Positions 1 through 8,717 of a DNA stretch of 64,000 nt are shown piece after piece. Each line of letters begins with the position of its first letter. Within the stretch, counting starts at the first letter, position 1. Below the pieces are notes generated by a model, which saw nothing but the letters and a program-made list of their open reading frames with translations, was not told the DNA's origin and did no database searches. This DNA is from Ostrea edulis (taxonomy: Eukaryota), in assembly GCF_947568905.1 (NCBI RefSeq), contig NC_079171.1, forward strand, positions 25,358,001 to 25,422,000, written 5' to 3'. The position numbers and the translations under genes were made by a program.

Positions 1-11
1 ACAAAAGAATA

Positions 12-1286
12 TTGTGGCCAACGGTTGAAAAATATGTGCCAGTGTCAGCCCTCAGTTTATACACGCTGAGCTACTTAACGATGTTCCCATTTGTCGTGTG
101 CGTATCATCGAGCAGACCGTTGAGTGTTCTGAACCCATTCGTCAACCAAGGTGCTATGATAATATTATGTTACGCATTTGGACTAGGAGTGGCGTACGAA
201 CGACAGTATGATTTCAAACGATATACAGACATGATATTGTTGCGAGACGCGCATCGGAACGCTCACACTCTCATCATTGGATTATTTCTAGCCATGCCCT
301 GGTATATATATCACGCGTTTGGCATAGAAACAGTCATGGGACCTGCGTGGTGTTTTCCATACGTATTTCCACTAGCGATAATGAGTTTCAAGTCGGGAGC
401 CATCGTGACCAATCTATCGCGATTGCAAAATGTGAATGTTACAAAATGGGCATTTTTTGCAATGATAACCCACGGCATATTCCAAACCATCATAGAAATA
501 GCTTCGTTCGCGAGATACAAGAGAATTCCGTACAACGTATTCAATCCAGCAGTATTTGTTGCGGGACAGTTGCCGACTATACTGATAGCCACTGTGTGCT
601 ATTCGTTCGCTGGGGGTTATAATATCGACTCGCAAGACGATGGGTTGAGTGTAGAGGAACTCAAAGAGCGGAGAAAGGATATTGGCGAAGAACTGATGGC
701 CTTACAAAAACCCCACGTCAAGATAACATTGGATGAATTCAGACGCGCTCTCATTTGGCTGCCAGTAACCGGTATCGTTGCACTCTGCGCATTCATGGGT
801 CTCGTTACAGTACGAAGTCAAGCTTGGAACGTTGTTGCTCCGATATATAATAAATTACTTCAAGGGAATACCGTTGATCCACAAGTGTCGATCTTGGATG
901 GAATTATGGGGTTGGGGTCGCTGGTGCTCGTGGGAGTCCTATATGCACTGTACAACTGTATCATTCCAAAGTGTGAGAACGCTACGGGTACTACCATCAT
1001 CCCATTAATATCAGCGATTGCCGCCATGTTCGTTTGTATGGCATCAGATGTGATGTTTGCGTATATAATCCTGTTTAAAAGAATCTTACTCGTAACGACC
1101 TGGCCCATGTTTTTGCCAAATATACTGGGAACATTCGTATTGATCATGAACTACAGCAGAATATTTGCATCTGAGAAAATAATCATCATCAATCGATTGT
1201 ATGTTGTTTGCATGTACGCTGTTATATACGCCATGTTAATATCTGTTGTTACATATGATATGATAGAAGTGTTGTTAGAAAACTAG
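12..1286 (+). CDS. Multi-pass membrane protein (about 10-12 TM), probably 5'-truncated by the window edge
   Basis: 424-aa ORF of alternating hydrophobic segments with a central charged loop (DDGLSVEELKERRK). It begins at TTG and the frame is open to the window start. Confidence 0.75.
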   Translation: MWPTVEKYVPVSALSLYTLSYLTMFPFVVCVSSSRPLSVLNPFVNQGAMIILCYAFGLGVAYERQYDFKRYTDMILLRDAHRNAHTLIIGLFLAMPWYIYHAFGIETVMGPAWCFPYVFPLAIMSFKSGAIVTNLSRLQNVNVTKWAFFAMITHGIFQTIIEIASFARYKRIPYNVFNPAVFVAGQLPTILIATVCYSFAGGYNIDSQDDGLSVEELKERRKDIGEELMALQKPHVKITLDEFRRALIWLPVTGIVALCAFMGLVTVRSQAWNVVAPIYNKLLQGNTVDPQVSILDGIMGLGSLVLVGVLYALYNCIIPKCENATGTTIIPLISAIAAMFVCMASDVMFAYIILFKRILLVTTWPMFLPNILGTFVLIMNYSRIFASEKIIIINRLYVVCMYAVIYAMLISVVTYDMIEVLLEN

Positions 1287-1411
1287 TTTCACAAAAAGTG
1301 AGACGACAAATGTAAATGACATGCATATACCTCTATTAAACGAGTTATACACTAAATATTTTATTCAATTTAACGGTGGTAGACTACAAAATGAGCTACC
1401 CTCCAGTTCGC

Positions 1412-1515
1412 TATGGAGGACAATTCTCTGACGGTGTATATATATATATATTATTAGAGCGGCACGGAGGGCAACCTCCACAGCTATTGTATTCATAAAG
1501 ATTGAACGAGTTCGA
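1412..1515. promoter_or_regulatory. Candidate origin-like element, copy 1 (TA-repeat core, GC hairpin, palindrome)
   Basis: 1429-1470 is the reverse complement of 63901-63942 with one mismatch. Includes a (TA)n core, a GGAGG-gcaa-CCTCC hairpin and TTGAACGAGTTCGA at 1502-1515. Confidence 0.45.
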
Positions 1516-1635
1516 GATATTAGTCACTGTGATTAGATTGGGTACGGACAAACATCGAATGTGTTGCACATTTAATACCGTATAACTATATATATTTGAA
1601 TCGTATATTAAAAAAAACACAATCAAACATTACTC

Positions 1636-3015
1636 TTGGGTATGAAGATTCAGCAGTTCTTGGTAGATTGCATCAAAAGCTACATCATGTGCATTAACAA
1701 GATTCGCTACGTCAATGCAGATAGTACCTTAAAGCTGGATGTGGAGAGTCAACTTGAGCAGACCTCACCCAAGACCCGCACCAAGGGTTCATCCAGACGA
1801 ATTTTAGCATCATGGCTGAGAGTAATATGCTTTTTTGCCATTGTACCACCCATGATTACCATCCAGAATGTCACCATGTTATCGACGGCCAACAAACCCC
1901 AAGCGATAACCCTGATCGTATGCTCAATTGTATCGTTTGCAGCTGGACTTAAAGTTTTCGTCCCAGATAACACCGGGTACGGATATATGTGGGAGATGAG
2001 GCGATACATGGTCCGCATAGTCATGGGGAACCTAGTTTTGACGCCTTGGATTGTGTACACCAGCACACACTACCCGTGGGGATCACCAATCTCGATACAA
2101 TGGATCACCGGTCTCATACTACCAGTGATGTTCATGAACTACGCGGCCGGAGTCATTCTAAACATGTTATATAAACTCCCTTACAGCTTGATTGCCGGAG
2201 TATGGAGATTCGCAGGATTAGCTACATCCTTGTATTCGGCAGCCCAAATTATCCTACCATCACTTGCTAAAAATGACACCACCTACAAAACAGATATGTT
2301 CGTGTGTTTCGCCATAGTAGCGTGCTGGTATGCCGTGTATACTGCCATGTTCGCCATCTTCCCACTCATTCGTCGCGATGATGACGAGTTTAGAAACACA
2401 GACGTATTCAAGATGCTCGATGTGTTGTATACCAACAATACCATCACGAAGTCTTCCGCCGAGTATACACAGTCGCTATTCGACAAATCGTTCTTAGACA
2501 CCATCTCTGGAGGCGCTCTACTACATATCGTATCCATGTTCATGAATACAGTAATTCTACTCACGGCAATCTACCTACCACACGAAGACTCCGCGCCCAC
2601 AATTCTCGCAACACACCCAACCATCGCATCGGGTCTGTCGTTCTTCACAATCGGAATGATTAAATTGCCAGTAGACTATGCTCTGACCAGCCCAAGCTTT
2701 AGATTGAAAGACCTCAGTACCTGTATGTTCGCCACCGTACTGGCGATATTCGGAATGTGTCTAATTGGCATGTCTGTAATCACAATCATCAGTATACAAA
2801 CTATCGTTATAGCCAAATATCCCCTGGTGTCAATGTGGATCTTGTTTGCAGCATCGACATTCTTTAGCACTCTCGCTACTGGAATTATGGACAAAAAAAC
2901 AATGTACGAGGAACTGGATTATGATAGTAGAAACACATATGCTAGCGACCATCACTTTTCTCTCTTGGGAGCAGTCTGTGGTGTGTGGTTCTTTTATGCA
3001 TTGTATACAATTTGA
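1636..3015 (+). CDS. Multi-pass membrane protein (about 11-12 TM)
   Basis: 459-aa ORF, likely ATG at 1642. Many hydrophobic helices around a central polar loop (RRDDDEFRNTD). Confidence 0.75.
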   Translation: MGMKIQQFLVDCIKSYIMCINKIRYVNADSTLKLDVESQLEQTSPKTRTKGSSRRILASWLRVICFFAIVPPMITIQNVTMLSTANKPQAITLIVCSIVSFAAGLKVFVPDNTGYGYMWEMRRYMVRIVMGNLVLTPWIVYTSTHYPWGSPISIQWITGLILPVMFMNYAAGVILNMLYKLPYSLIAGVWRFAGLATSLYSAAQIILPSLAKNDTTYKTDMFVCFAIVACWYAVYTAMFAIFPLIRRDDDEFRNTDVFKMLDVLYTNNTITKSSAEYTQSLFDKSFLDTISGGALLHIVSMFMNTVILLTAIYLPHEDSAPTILATHPTIASGLSFFTIGMIKLPVDYALTSPSFRLKDLSTCMFATVLAIFGMCLIGMSVITIISIQTIVIAKYPLVSMWILFAASTFFSTLATGIMDKKTMYEELDYDSRNTYASDHHFSLLGAVCGVWFFYALYTI

Positions 3016-3174
3016 ACGTTTGCTTATATATTCGAAATGAACTTATCATATGTGTGTATATTATTGTGTCGCTATACTCAAATTAAAAAACATGTATCAT
3101 CAAACAAATTATTCAGTTATTAGTTATATATTTGTGTAGAAAATGCACGATATAATAAGCGAAACGCTTCAATC

Positions 3175-5214
3175 ATGAACAAGCATAAGATTGTTAGAGT
3201 CTTGTACTGTAGAGCATATGTTTACAAACGGTGTCGGGACGAATGTCCTCACAAAGAATATGTGTGCCCAAACCCTCCCGGCAAATATCACATCGATGAT
3301 GACATGGCCAAACAACTAACCGTCTATATGCGGAGCAATAAGATACCTATTACCGTGGATCACGATGCTGAGCTTGATAGAGTGGGGGAGATTTATAAAG
3401 TAAGGGATACCTCGTCGGGAATATGCGTCGAATTCGTAATCAACAGAGTGGCATTTTTGCAAGCTATACAGAAAATGCACAAACTTTACAAAAGAAAGAA
3501 ATCTAAAACATCGTTCGATGATTTATTCAAAAATATATTCAGCAGCGTTAGTCTATCGCATAATACTGAGATGTGTACAGTTGATCACCTAGCGTTAGTG
3601 AATGTTCCGGCAAGAATGGGTACAGAGATCGAATTCATACCAAAACCTAATAACATTTCGCACGAACCCATGTATAATGGAACTAACAGTGTTGCGTACG
3701 GCCATTACATTTCTGTGTATATTTTGGATTATTTAAGATATCCCTTGCGGCAGGAAAAATTATCTTTGAATCGAATTCATAGCACTGAGTACGGTCAACC
3801 CATATTACAACCAAAGTACCTAACAGCATCAGCTGATTCTAACATTGAACCCGAACCCGAAATTATTACAACCATGGCATTTCGCAGACCAGACGCTATG
3901 CTCACAAAAGTATTATCTCCTCAATACGAGAATGTTGGACGTGTAGCCTATCACGATTACATGGCGCAAGAATTGCCCCATCCAGAATTCTACGAACCGA
4001 TCCCTAGGCCTCAACAATTCGGGTACGATCGTATCCGATCTAACAAACGATCGGCGGACTACGATCTCGATTACCCACAGGCCAAAATGGTTCGTAGAGA
4101 GTACAATCAACCCAGATATTATGCAGAAGAATATGTTCCCGCCGGAACTACCCAATTTCAGCAAAATCACTTTAGACCTATAGATTTACCGGAAGATGAC
4201 CGTAGATCTGCATTTTTGCAGTCTAGATACCCTAGATCCTACATGGATAGGCGTCCGGTAAGCCGAATGGGTCATATTGAAGATATGTATATCGATCAGT
4301 ACGAAGATCGTTTACCTCAGATGCGACCTCAGATGCAACCACAGATGCGAATGCGACAACGACCGATGGATCACCATTATCAGATGGATTCAGCTCAGAT
4401 CGATCGACCCATCGAGTCTCAACCGATGCAAGACTCCCGGTTAATTATGCAAACCCAACCTGGTCAGATGGAATCGCCACAGATTCAGCAAAGTAATCAG
4501 GTCGTTCAGCAGAGTAATCGGGACATTCAGCAGAGCCCTCCCGATATGCAGCAGAACACTCAACCCGATCATCAAAATTCTCAACCCGCACAACAGAACC
4601 CTCAGATTGTGCAGCAACGACCCCCGACCCGTCCTCAGACCGCTCAGCGCCGACCTCAGATGGTTCAGCAGCAACAGCAACTACCACAACAGCAGCCTCA
4701 GATTGTTCAGCAGCAACTACCACAACAACAGCCTCAGATGGTTCAGCAACAACTTCCACAACAGCAACAACAACAGCATCCTCAGATGGTTCAGCAACAA
4801 CTTCCACAACAGCAACAACAACAGCATCCTCAGATGGTTCAGCAACAACTTCCACAACAGCAACAACTTCCACAACAGCAACAACAACAGCAGCACCAGA
4901 TGCATCAGCAACAACTCCCACAACAGCTACAACAACAGCAGCATCAGATGATTCAACAAAATGCTGGTCTACCCATCGATGATATGGATATGGACACCGT
5001 AGATGTTGGATCGAATCGTCGGATGGTTAGGTCTCAACCATCGACATCTTATGGACTTGGATTTAGACAGTTCCAGAACACGAATGTAGATGCATCCATT
5101 GGGGAGTATGATGGTGCAATACAGCTTGCCGCAGAAAACTTTCAGGCTACCTACGACAAGATGTTTCCAAAAGCTAAGATTCCCATGAGATTCAATATCG
5201 ACGAACGCGTTTGA
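3175..5214 (+). CDS. UL26: Capsid maturation protease (assemblin) fused to a Gln-rich scaffold, UL26-like
   Basis: IPITVDH (catalytic His), SVSLSH (Ser), HLALVNVPARMGT (His/oxyanion Arg), release site YLTA/S, maturation site VDA/S near the C-terminus. Confidence 0.88.
   Translation: MNKHKIVRVLYCRAYVYKRCRDECPHKEYVCPNPPGKYHIDDDMAKQLTVYMRSNKIPITVDHDAELDRVGEIYKVRDTSSGICVEFVINRVAFLQAIQKMHKLYKRKKSKTSFDDLFKNIFSSVSLSHNTEMCTVDHLALVNVPARMGTEIEFIPKPNNISHEPMYNGTNSVAYGHYISVYILDYLRYPLRQEKLSLNRIHSTEYGQPILQPKYLTASADSNIEPEPEIITTMAFRRPDAMLTKVLSPQYENVGRVAYHDYMAQELPHPEFYEPIPRPQQFGYDRIRSNKRSADYDLDYPQAKMVRREYNQPRYYAEEYVPAGTTQFQQNHFRPIDLPEDDRRSAFLQSRYPRSYMDRRPVSRMGHIEDMYIDQYEDRLPQMRPQMQPQMRMRQRPMDHHYQMDSAQIDRPIESQPMQDSRLIMQTQPGQMESPQIQQSNQVVQQSNRDIQQSPPDMQQNTQPDHQNSQPAQQNPQIVQQRPPTRPQTAQRRPQMVQQQQQLPQQQPQIVQQQLPQQQPQMVQQQLPQQQQQQHPQMVQQQLPQQQQQQHPQMVQQQLPQQQQLPQQQQQQQHQMHQQQLPQQLQQQQHQMIQQNAGLPIDDMDMDTVDVGSNRRMVRSQPSTSYGLGFRQFQNTNVDASIGEYDGAIQLAAENFQATYDKMFPKAKIPMRFNIDERV
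4660..4950 (+). repeat. PolyQ / 48-bp tandem repeats (PQMVQQQLPQQQQQQH) in the scaffold
   Basis: Unit cctcagatggttcagcaacaacttccacaacagcaacaacaacagcat at 4732 and 4780, partial at 4828, within CAA/CAG runs. Confidence 0.9.
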
Positions 5215-5353
5215 TTTTTAAAACCTGGGACTACTATGAATTAACTGATTACTGTCATTAAACGCGATTGCTTTGAACTCTGTTGATGTATATATTATGT
5301 ATGTATTGTACTATACTTTGTGACCAAAATATAATTGATAGAAAACAAACAAA

Positions 5354-6349
5354 ATGTCTTGTGATATGGATGTGGATATAAACGATGAAATGATGTTAGA
5401 TGAGAATCAGACTAAGGATTTGCTAAGTGCTGTAGATATGTATAATGCGGCAACGTGTAATCATGCGATAGTTGTGGAAAACTCGGACTTGTTGGGTATC
5501 ACACCAGACGTTACCACCACGGTCATTTCGAGTATGGCAGGATCGTCTCATGCAGATCTTAATGAATCGATATTACACTTTAAGCAGGCTTTGGAAGAAA
5601 TCGAAGCCAAGCAGAATGCCGACCCTTATTTTGGTGTGGATATAGCACCACCCGCTTGTGCCACGAAAGAATTTATAAATCGATTCACGATGGATATTGG
5701 ACTCGCAGCCAACAATGCTCAAACTTTACCACCACCTCTATATACCAAAGAACAGTGCATTAGAGCGATGATTCCGGAACAACGAAGATTAGTTGAAAGA
5801 ATTGCGTATCTGGGAAATCTATTCAACATTCAATTACCAGAAGGTTGGATCATGCACCTCACATCGCCGTGTACAAGGCACAACTGCTATTTTCAACATA
5901 GGGGTGTCGGTGCAGACTTAGACCAGCTACCATACATGTGTATAGCACAAGCTCCCGGCTTGTATAATGGAAGCATACATGACGCTATAAGCAAATCGCA
6001 CTTCCTCGATTACGTAGATCTGCTTGCGAGTGATATCAAACGTGAACCTAAACGTGATAATGCCGATCGGGAAGTGCGCGATAACGATCGATCGGATGAT
6101 CGCACTAGTCACGACTGTTGTATATTGTGTATGATTCTTATATACATGACATCTGGTAAAACTCAGGGTGTCAGACCTGTGGAATTAGACTTCTTTCCAA
6201 TAATGTCTGTCGATTTTGCAAACATCGTTGGAGTTCCAAACATGTATGCCAAAGACGAACTCTCTAAACTCTTAATCACTAAGAGTATCGATGATGGTTA
6301 TTATGATGTGATATACAGAAATAATGAGAAAATCATACGATTTCAATGA
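5354..6349 (+). CDS. Hypothetical viral protein with Cys/His clusters
   Basis: 331-aa ATG ORF; CTRHNC and HDCCILC clusters; followed by an AATAAA signal. Confidence 0.7.
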   Translation: MSCDMDVDINDEMMLDENQTKDLLSAVDMYNAATCNHAIVVENSDLLGITPDVTTTVISSMAGSSHADLNESILHFKQALEEIEAKQNADPYFGVDIAPPACATKEFINRFTMDIGLAANNAQTLPPPLYTKEQCIRAMIPEQRRLVERIAYLGNLFNIQLPEGWIMHLTSPCTRHNCYFQHRGVGADLDQLPYMCIAQAPGLYNGSIHDAISKSHFLDYVDLLASDIKREPKRDNADREVRDNDRSDDRTSHDCCILCMILIYMTSGKTQGVRPVELDFFPIMSVDFANIVGVPNMYAKDELSKLLITKSIDDGYYDVIYRNNEKIIRFQ

Positions 6350-6477
6350 ATTTTTTATTTTAATGCATGTTATACAAAATGGTACAATTAATAAAAAATG
6401 TCTCATCCTAAATATTACAAGACTGGTGTTTACCTTTAAATTATACAAAGAAGATTGGATACATAAAATGTACAACA

Positions 6478-7260
6478 TTATATTTTAAACAGAGCGAACC
6501 AATATGCAAACACTACGCCAAATTCAAAAAATGTATGAGACACGTCGTATGCAATATGGGTCCCCACACGATTATACTTGTTAATCTGAAAAGCCTGGAT
6601 TAAGTCTATGGAAAATATGTGGAACGAAGTGACTCCAATGATGGCTCTCACGGTTACGGGGATGCCTCCCATGTTCACCCAAGTGTACGAAGTTGCTAGT
6701 TTACATATTGGAACGCCCCATACTCCCAACTGTGTCAATACTAGCAAAATTCGGTTTCCTAGACGGTTTTGGTTGTTGACGAATATTGGGTACAATCTAA
6801 CTAGCGCCATTATGCAAATGTTTGAAACCCAGTCGTTCACACCCATAGATCCAATCATGTGACACATGAACGCGTACTTGATGCTCTGGTTTATTGCTAA
6901 ATTCACCCATCTGGTATAATCTATGCCATTCTCGTCACTTGTCACCCAGTCTTCAATCTTCTTCCACAAGCAAGTGTATCGAATCAGGAATGTTAGTGCG
7001 CTAGCCAATGTTGATATCATCAACGCCCAACCGACTCTAACGCTTGTACTCTCGTTCTTTTTGAACAATTGGTAATCCTTGTTAGGCGCACAATTTATAA
7101 CGATGTTCGCACCGCGACAAGGGAACCACTTGTGTTCAGTCGTGGTGAAAATCAATTGAGTGTTGTATACTTCCGTGAACATATTTAAAATGAACACTAG
7201 TGCCGATATTGCAACAAGTATCGACGTGCATACCAAGCCTAGCAGTCTGTGACACTTCAT
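6478..7260 (-). CDS. Heliorhodopsin-like 7-TM protein lacking the Schiff-base Lys
   Basis: 260 aa from the ATG at 7260. Short basic N-terminus, long TM1-2 loop, NGIDYTRWVNLAINQS resembling the HeR TM3 motif, GGIPVTV before TM6. No Lys in TM7. Confidence 0.6.
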   Translation of the reverse strand: MKCHRLLGLVCTSILVAISALVFILNMFTEVYNTQLIFTTTEHKWFPCRGANIVINCAPNKDYQLFKKNESTSVRVGWALMISTLASALTFLIRYTCLWKKIEDWVTSDENGIDYTRWVNLAINQSIKYAFMCHMIGSMGVNDWVSNICIMALVRLYPIFVNNQNRLGNRILLVLTQLGVWGVPICKLATSYTWVNMGGIPVTVRAIIGVTSFHIFSIDLIQAFQINKYNRVGTHIAYDVSHTFFEFGVVFAYWFALFKI

Positions 7261-7353
7261 CTTGATTGTAAAACTTGCACCGAACACTTGTAAAAGTCAT
7301 ATAATTACCATTGGTATAGAACAGTTTCACATTTATAAATAATATACAAATAA

Positions 7354-7680
7354 TTAACATTGACTTTCGCCCACACAGCCTTCTATTGGTACGCGCTCGT
7401 TCAATATTCTACATTTCTCAAGGATATCCGTGAGATACTTCGCGACCAGTCCTGATCCGTACATAAGTGGGTCTGAAGCATATTCGATATTCGGAGTAGT
7501 CTTGTACAAATCCGCGATCTGCCATGAATATCGTCGATTGCCTTGTGCGACGGTATTCAGAACCATCATTTTACCGACATCATCGTACGTTAATTCACAC
7601 CCAAAATCCTCGGTTATCGATGGATTCACCGCCTTGATAAATGCTTCGGTAGCCTCAACTTTGATAGACCTATTTTCCAT
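7354..7680 (-). CDS. Small hypothetical viral protein
   Basis: 108-aa ATG ORF, co-oriented with its neighbours and bounded by AT-rich spacers. Confidence 0.55.
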   Translation of the reverse strand: MENRSIKVEATEAFIKAVNPSITEDFGCELTYDDVGKMMVLNTVAQGNRRYSWQIADLYKTTPNIEYASDPLMYGSGLVAKYLTDILEKCRILNERVPIEGCVGESQC

Positions 7681-7891
7681 GTTGATACCAAAACTAAGAA
7701 ATACTGGTATATTTGGAGTGATACAGATTTAATAAAATAATCGCAGTACGCATATGTTTATAAATAATATAAAACAATAATATTACAAACATGCCCAATG
7801 TAACAATGTGATCAAATGACATTATCATTCGGGGGGAAACGACGAAATATAACAGCACACGTAAAATACTTCACATCATACAAACAAAATG

Positions 7892-8674
7892 TTACAACCA
7901 CATTATCAGCATTTTCTCTCCGGGATTGACATTCATAGCCTGACCCAAGTACGCCGTTTGAGGAGACACTCGTGATAGAATCTTAAACTTATTTCTCTGG
8001 GGAATGCTATCTATGACCGATATCTGTTTGAAATGCCAAGGAGTTAAAACTTTGGCAAAACGAGACTTGATCGGTACGTTCGCAAATGCTTTATTGAATG
8101 TAGTCTTGTCCAATAACTTGTAATTCTTTGCACTATACTTATTCACGTAGTCGGTCATTGCGCGGTGTAACATATCACTATCCTCTTTCATGTTCGATAC
8201 TTCAACTTGAGACACGACTAATGGTAATGAGTACATATCGTCATCCACCTGTGATATTTTAAAATACCACTTGGGGCTATCCCATTTATTATTCTCCATT
8301 TGTAGTTTTGGGCATGGAGGTAATATGTGACCGATACTTCCGACACGCAACACTTCCACTCCACTATGTCGAATGGTGACTTGCGTTCTCGTATCCATTC
8401 TAACATCATGGCCTCTTAAGATATGGTCGCCCATTCGCCAATACGCCTTTCCAGCATTTAAATAGTCGACGCTAAGTTGACACAATCTGTCAGAAGAGAT
8501 ACTAGCATCCTTTGGTGCAGGGATGAAAAGATCCTCATATTTGCAGCTCACATTATCGAATGTCATTGTATCGGCATTCAGCATGGGCATCGCGTTGCTA
8601 TTGTCGAACTTGTGAAAGTCATTTTGCGACGTTAGGTATGATCCGCTAGCGTAAGATGTATTAAAAATCTCCAT
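7892..8674 (-). CDS. Hypothetical viral protein (possible capsid-associated subunit by position only)
   Basis: 260-aa ATG ORF directly downstream of the candidate major capsid gene. Confidence 0.6.
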   Translation of the reverse strand: MEIFNTSYASGSYLTSQNDFHKFDNSNAMPMLNADTMTFDNVSCKYEDLFIPAPKDASISSDRLCQLSVDYLNAGKAYWRMGDHILRGHDVRMDTRTQVTIRHSGVEVLRVGSIGHILPPCPKLQMENNKWDSPKWYFKISQVDDDMYSLPLVVSQVEVSNMKEDSDMLHRAMTDYVNKYSAKNYKLLDKTTFNKAFANVPIKSRFAKVLTPWHFKQISVIDSIPQRNKFKILSRVSPQTAYLGQAMNVNPGEKMLIMWL

Positions 8675-8717
8675 AATTGTTCAAGAAATACTATACACAA
8701 TCGATGATCTTATCAGA

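Noticed and set aside
4441-4951. ORFs 4441-4680, 4445-4921, 4607-4951, 4717-4923
   Set aside because: Shadow frames of the CAA/CAG repeats in the scaffold.
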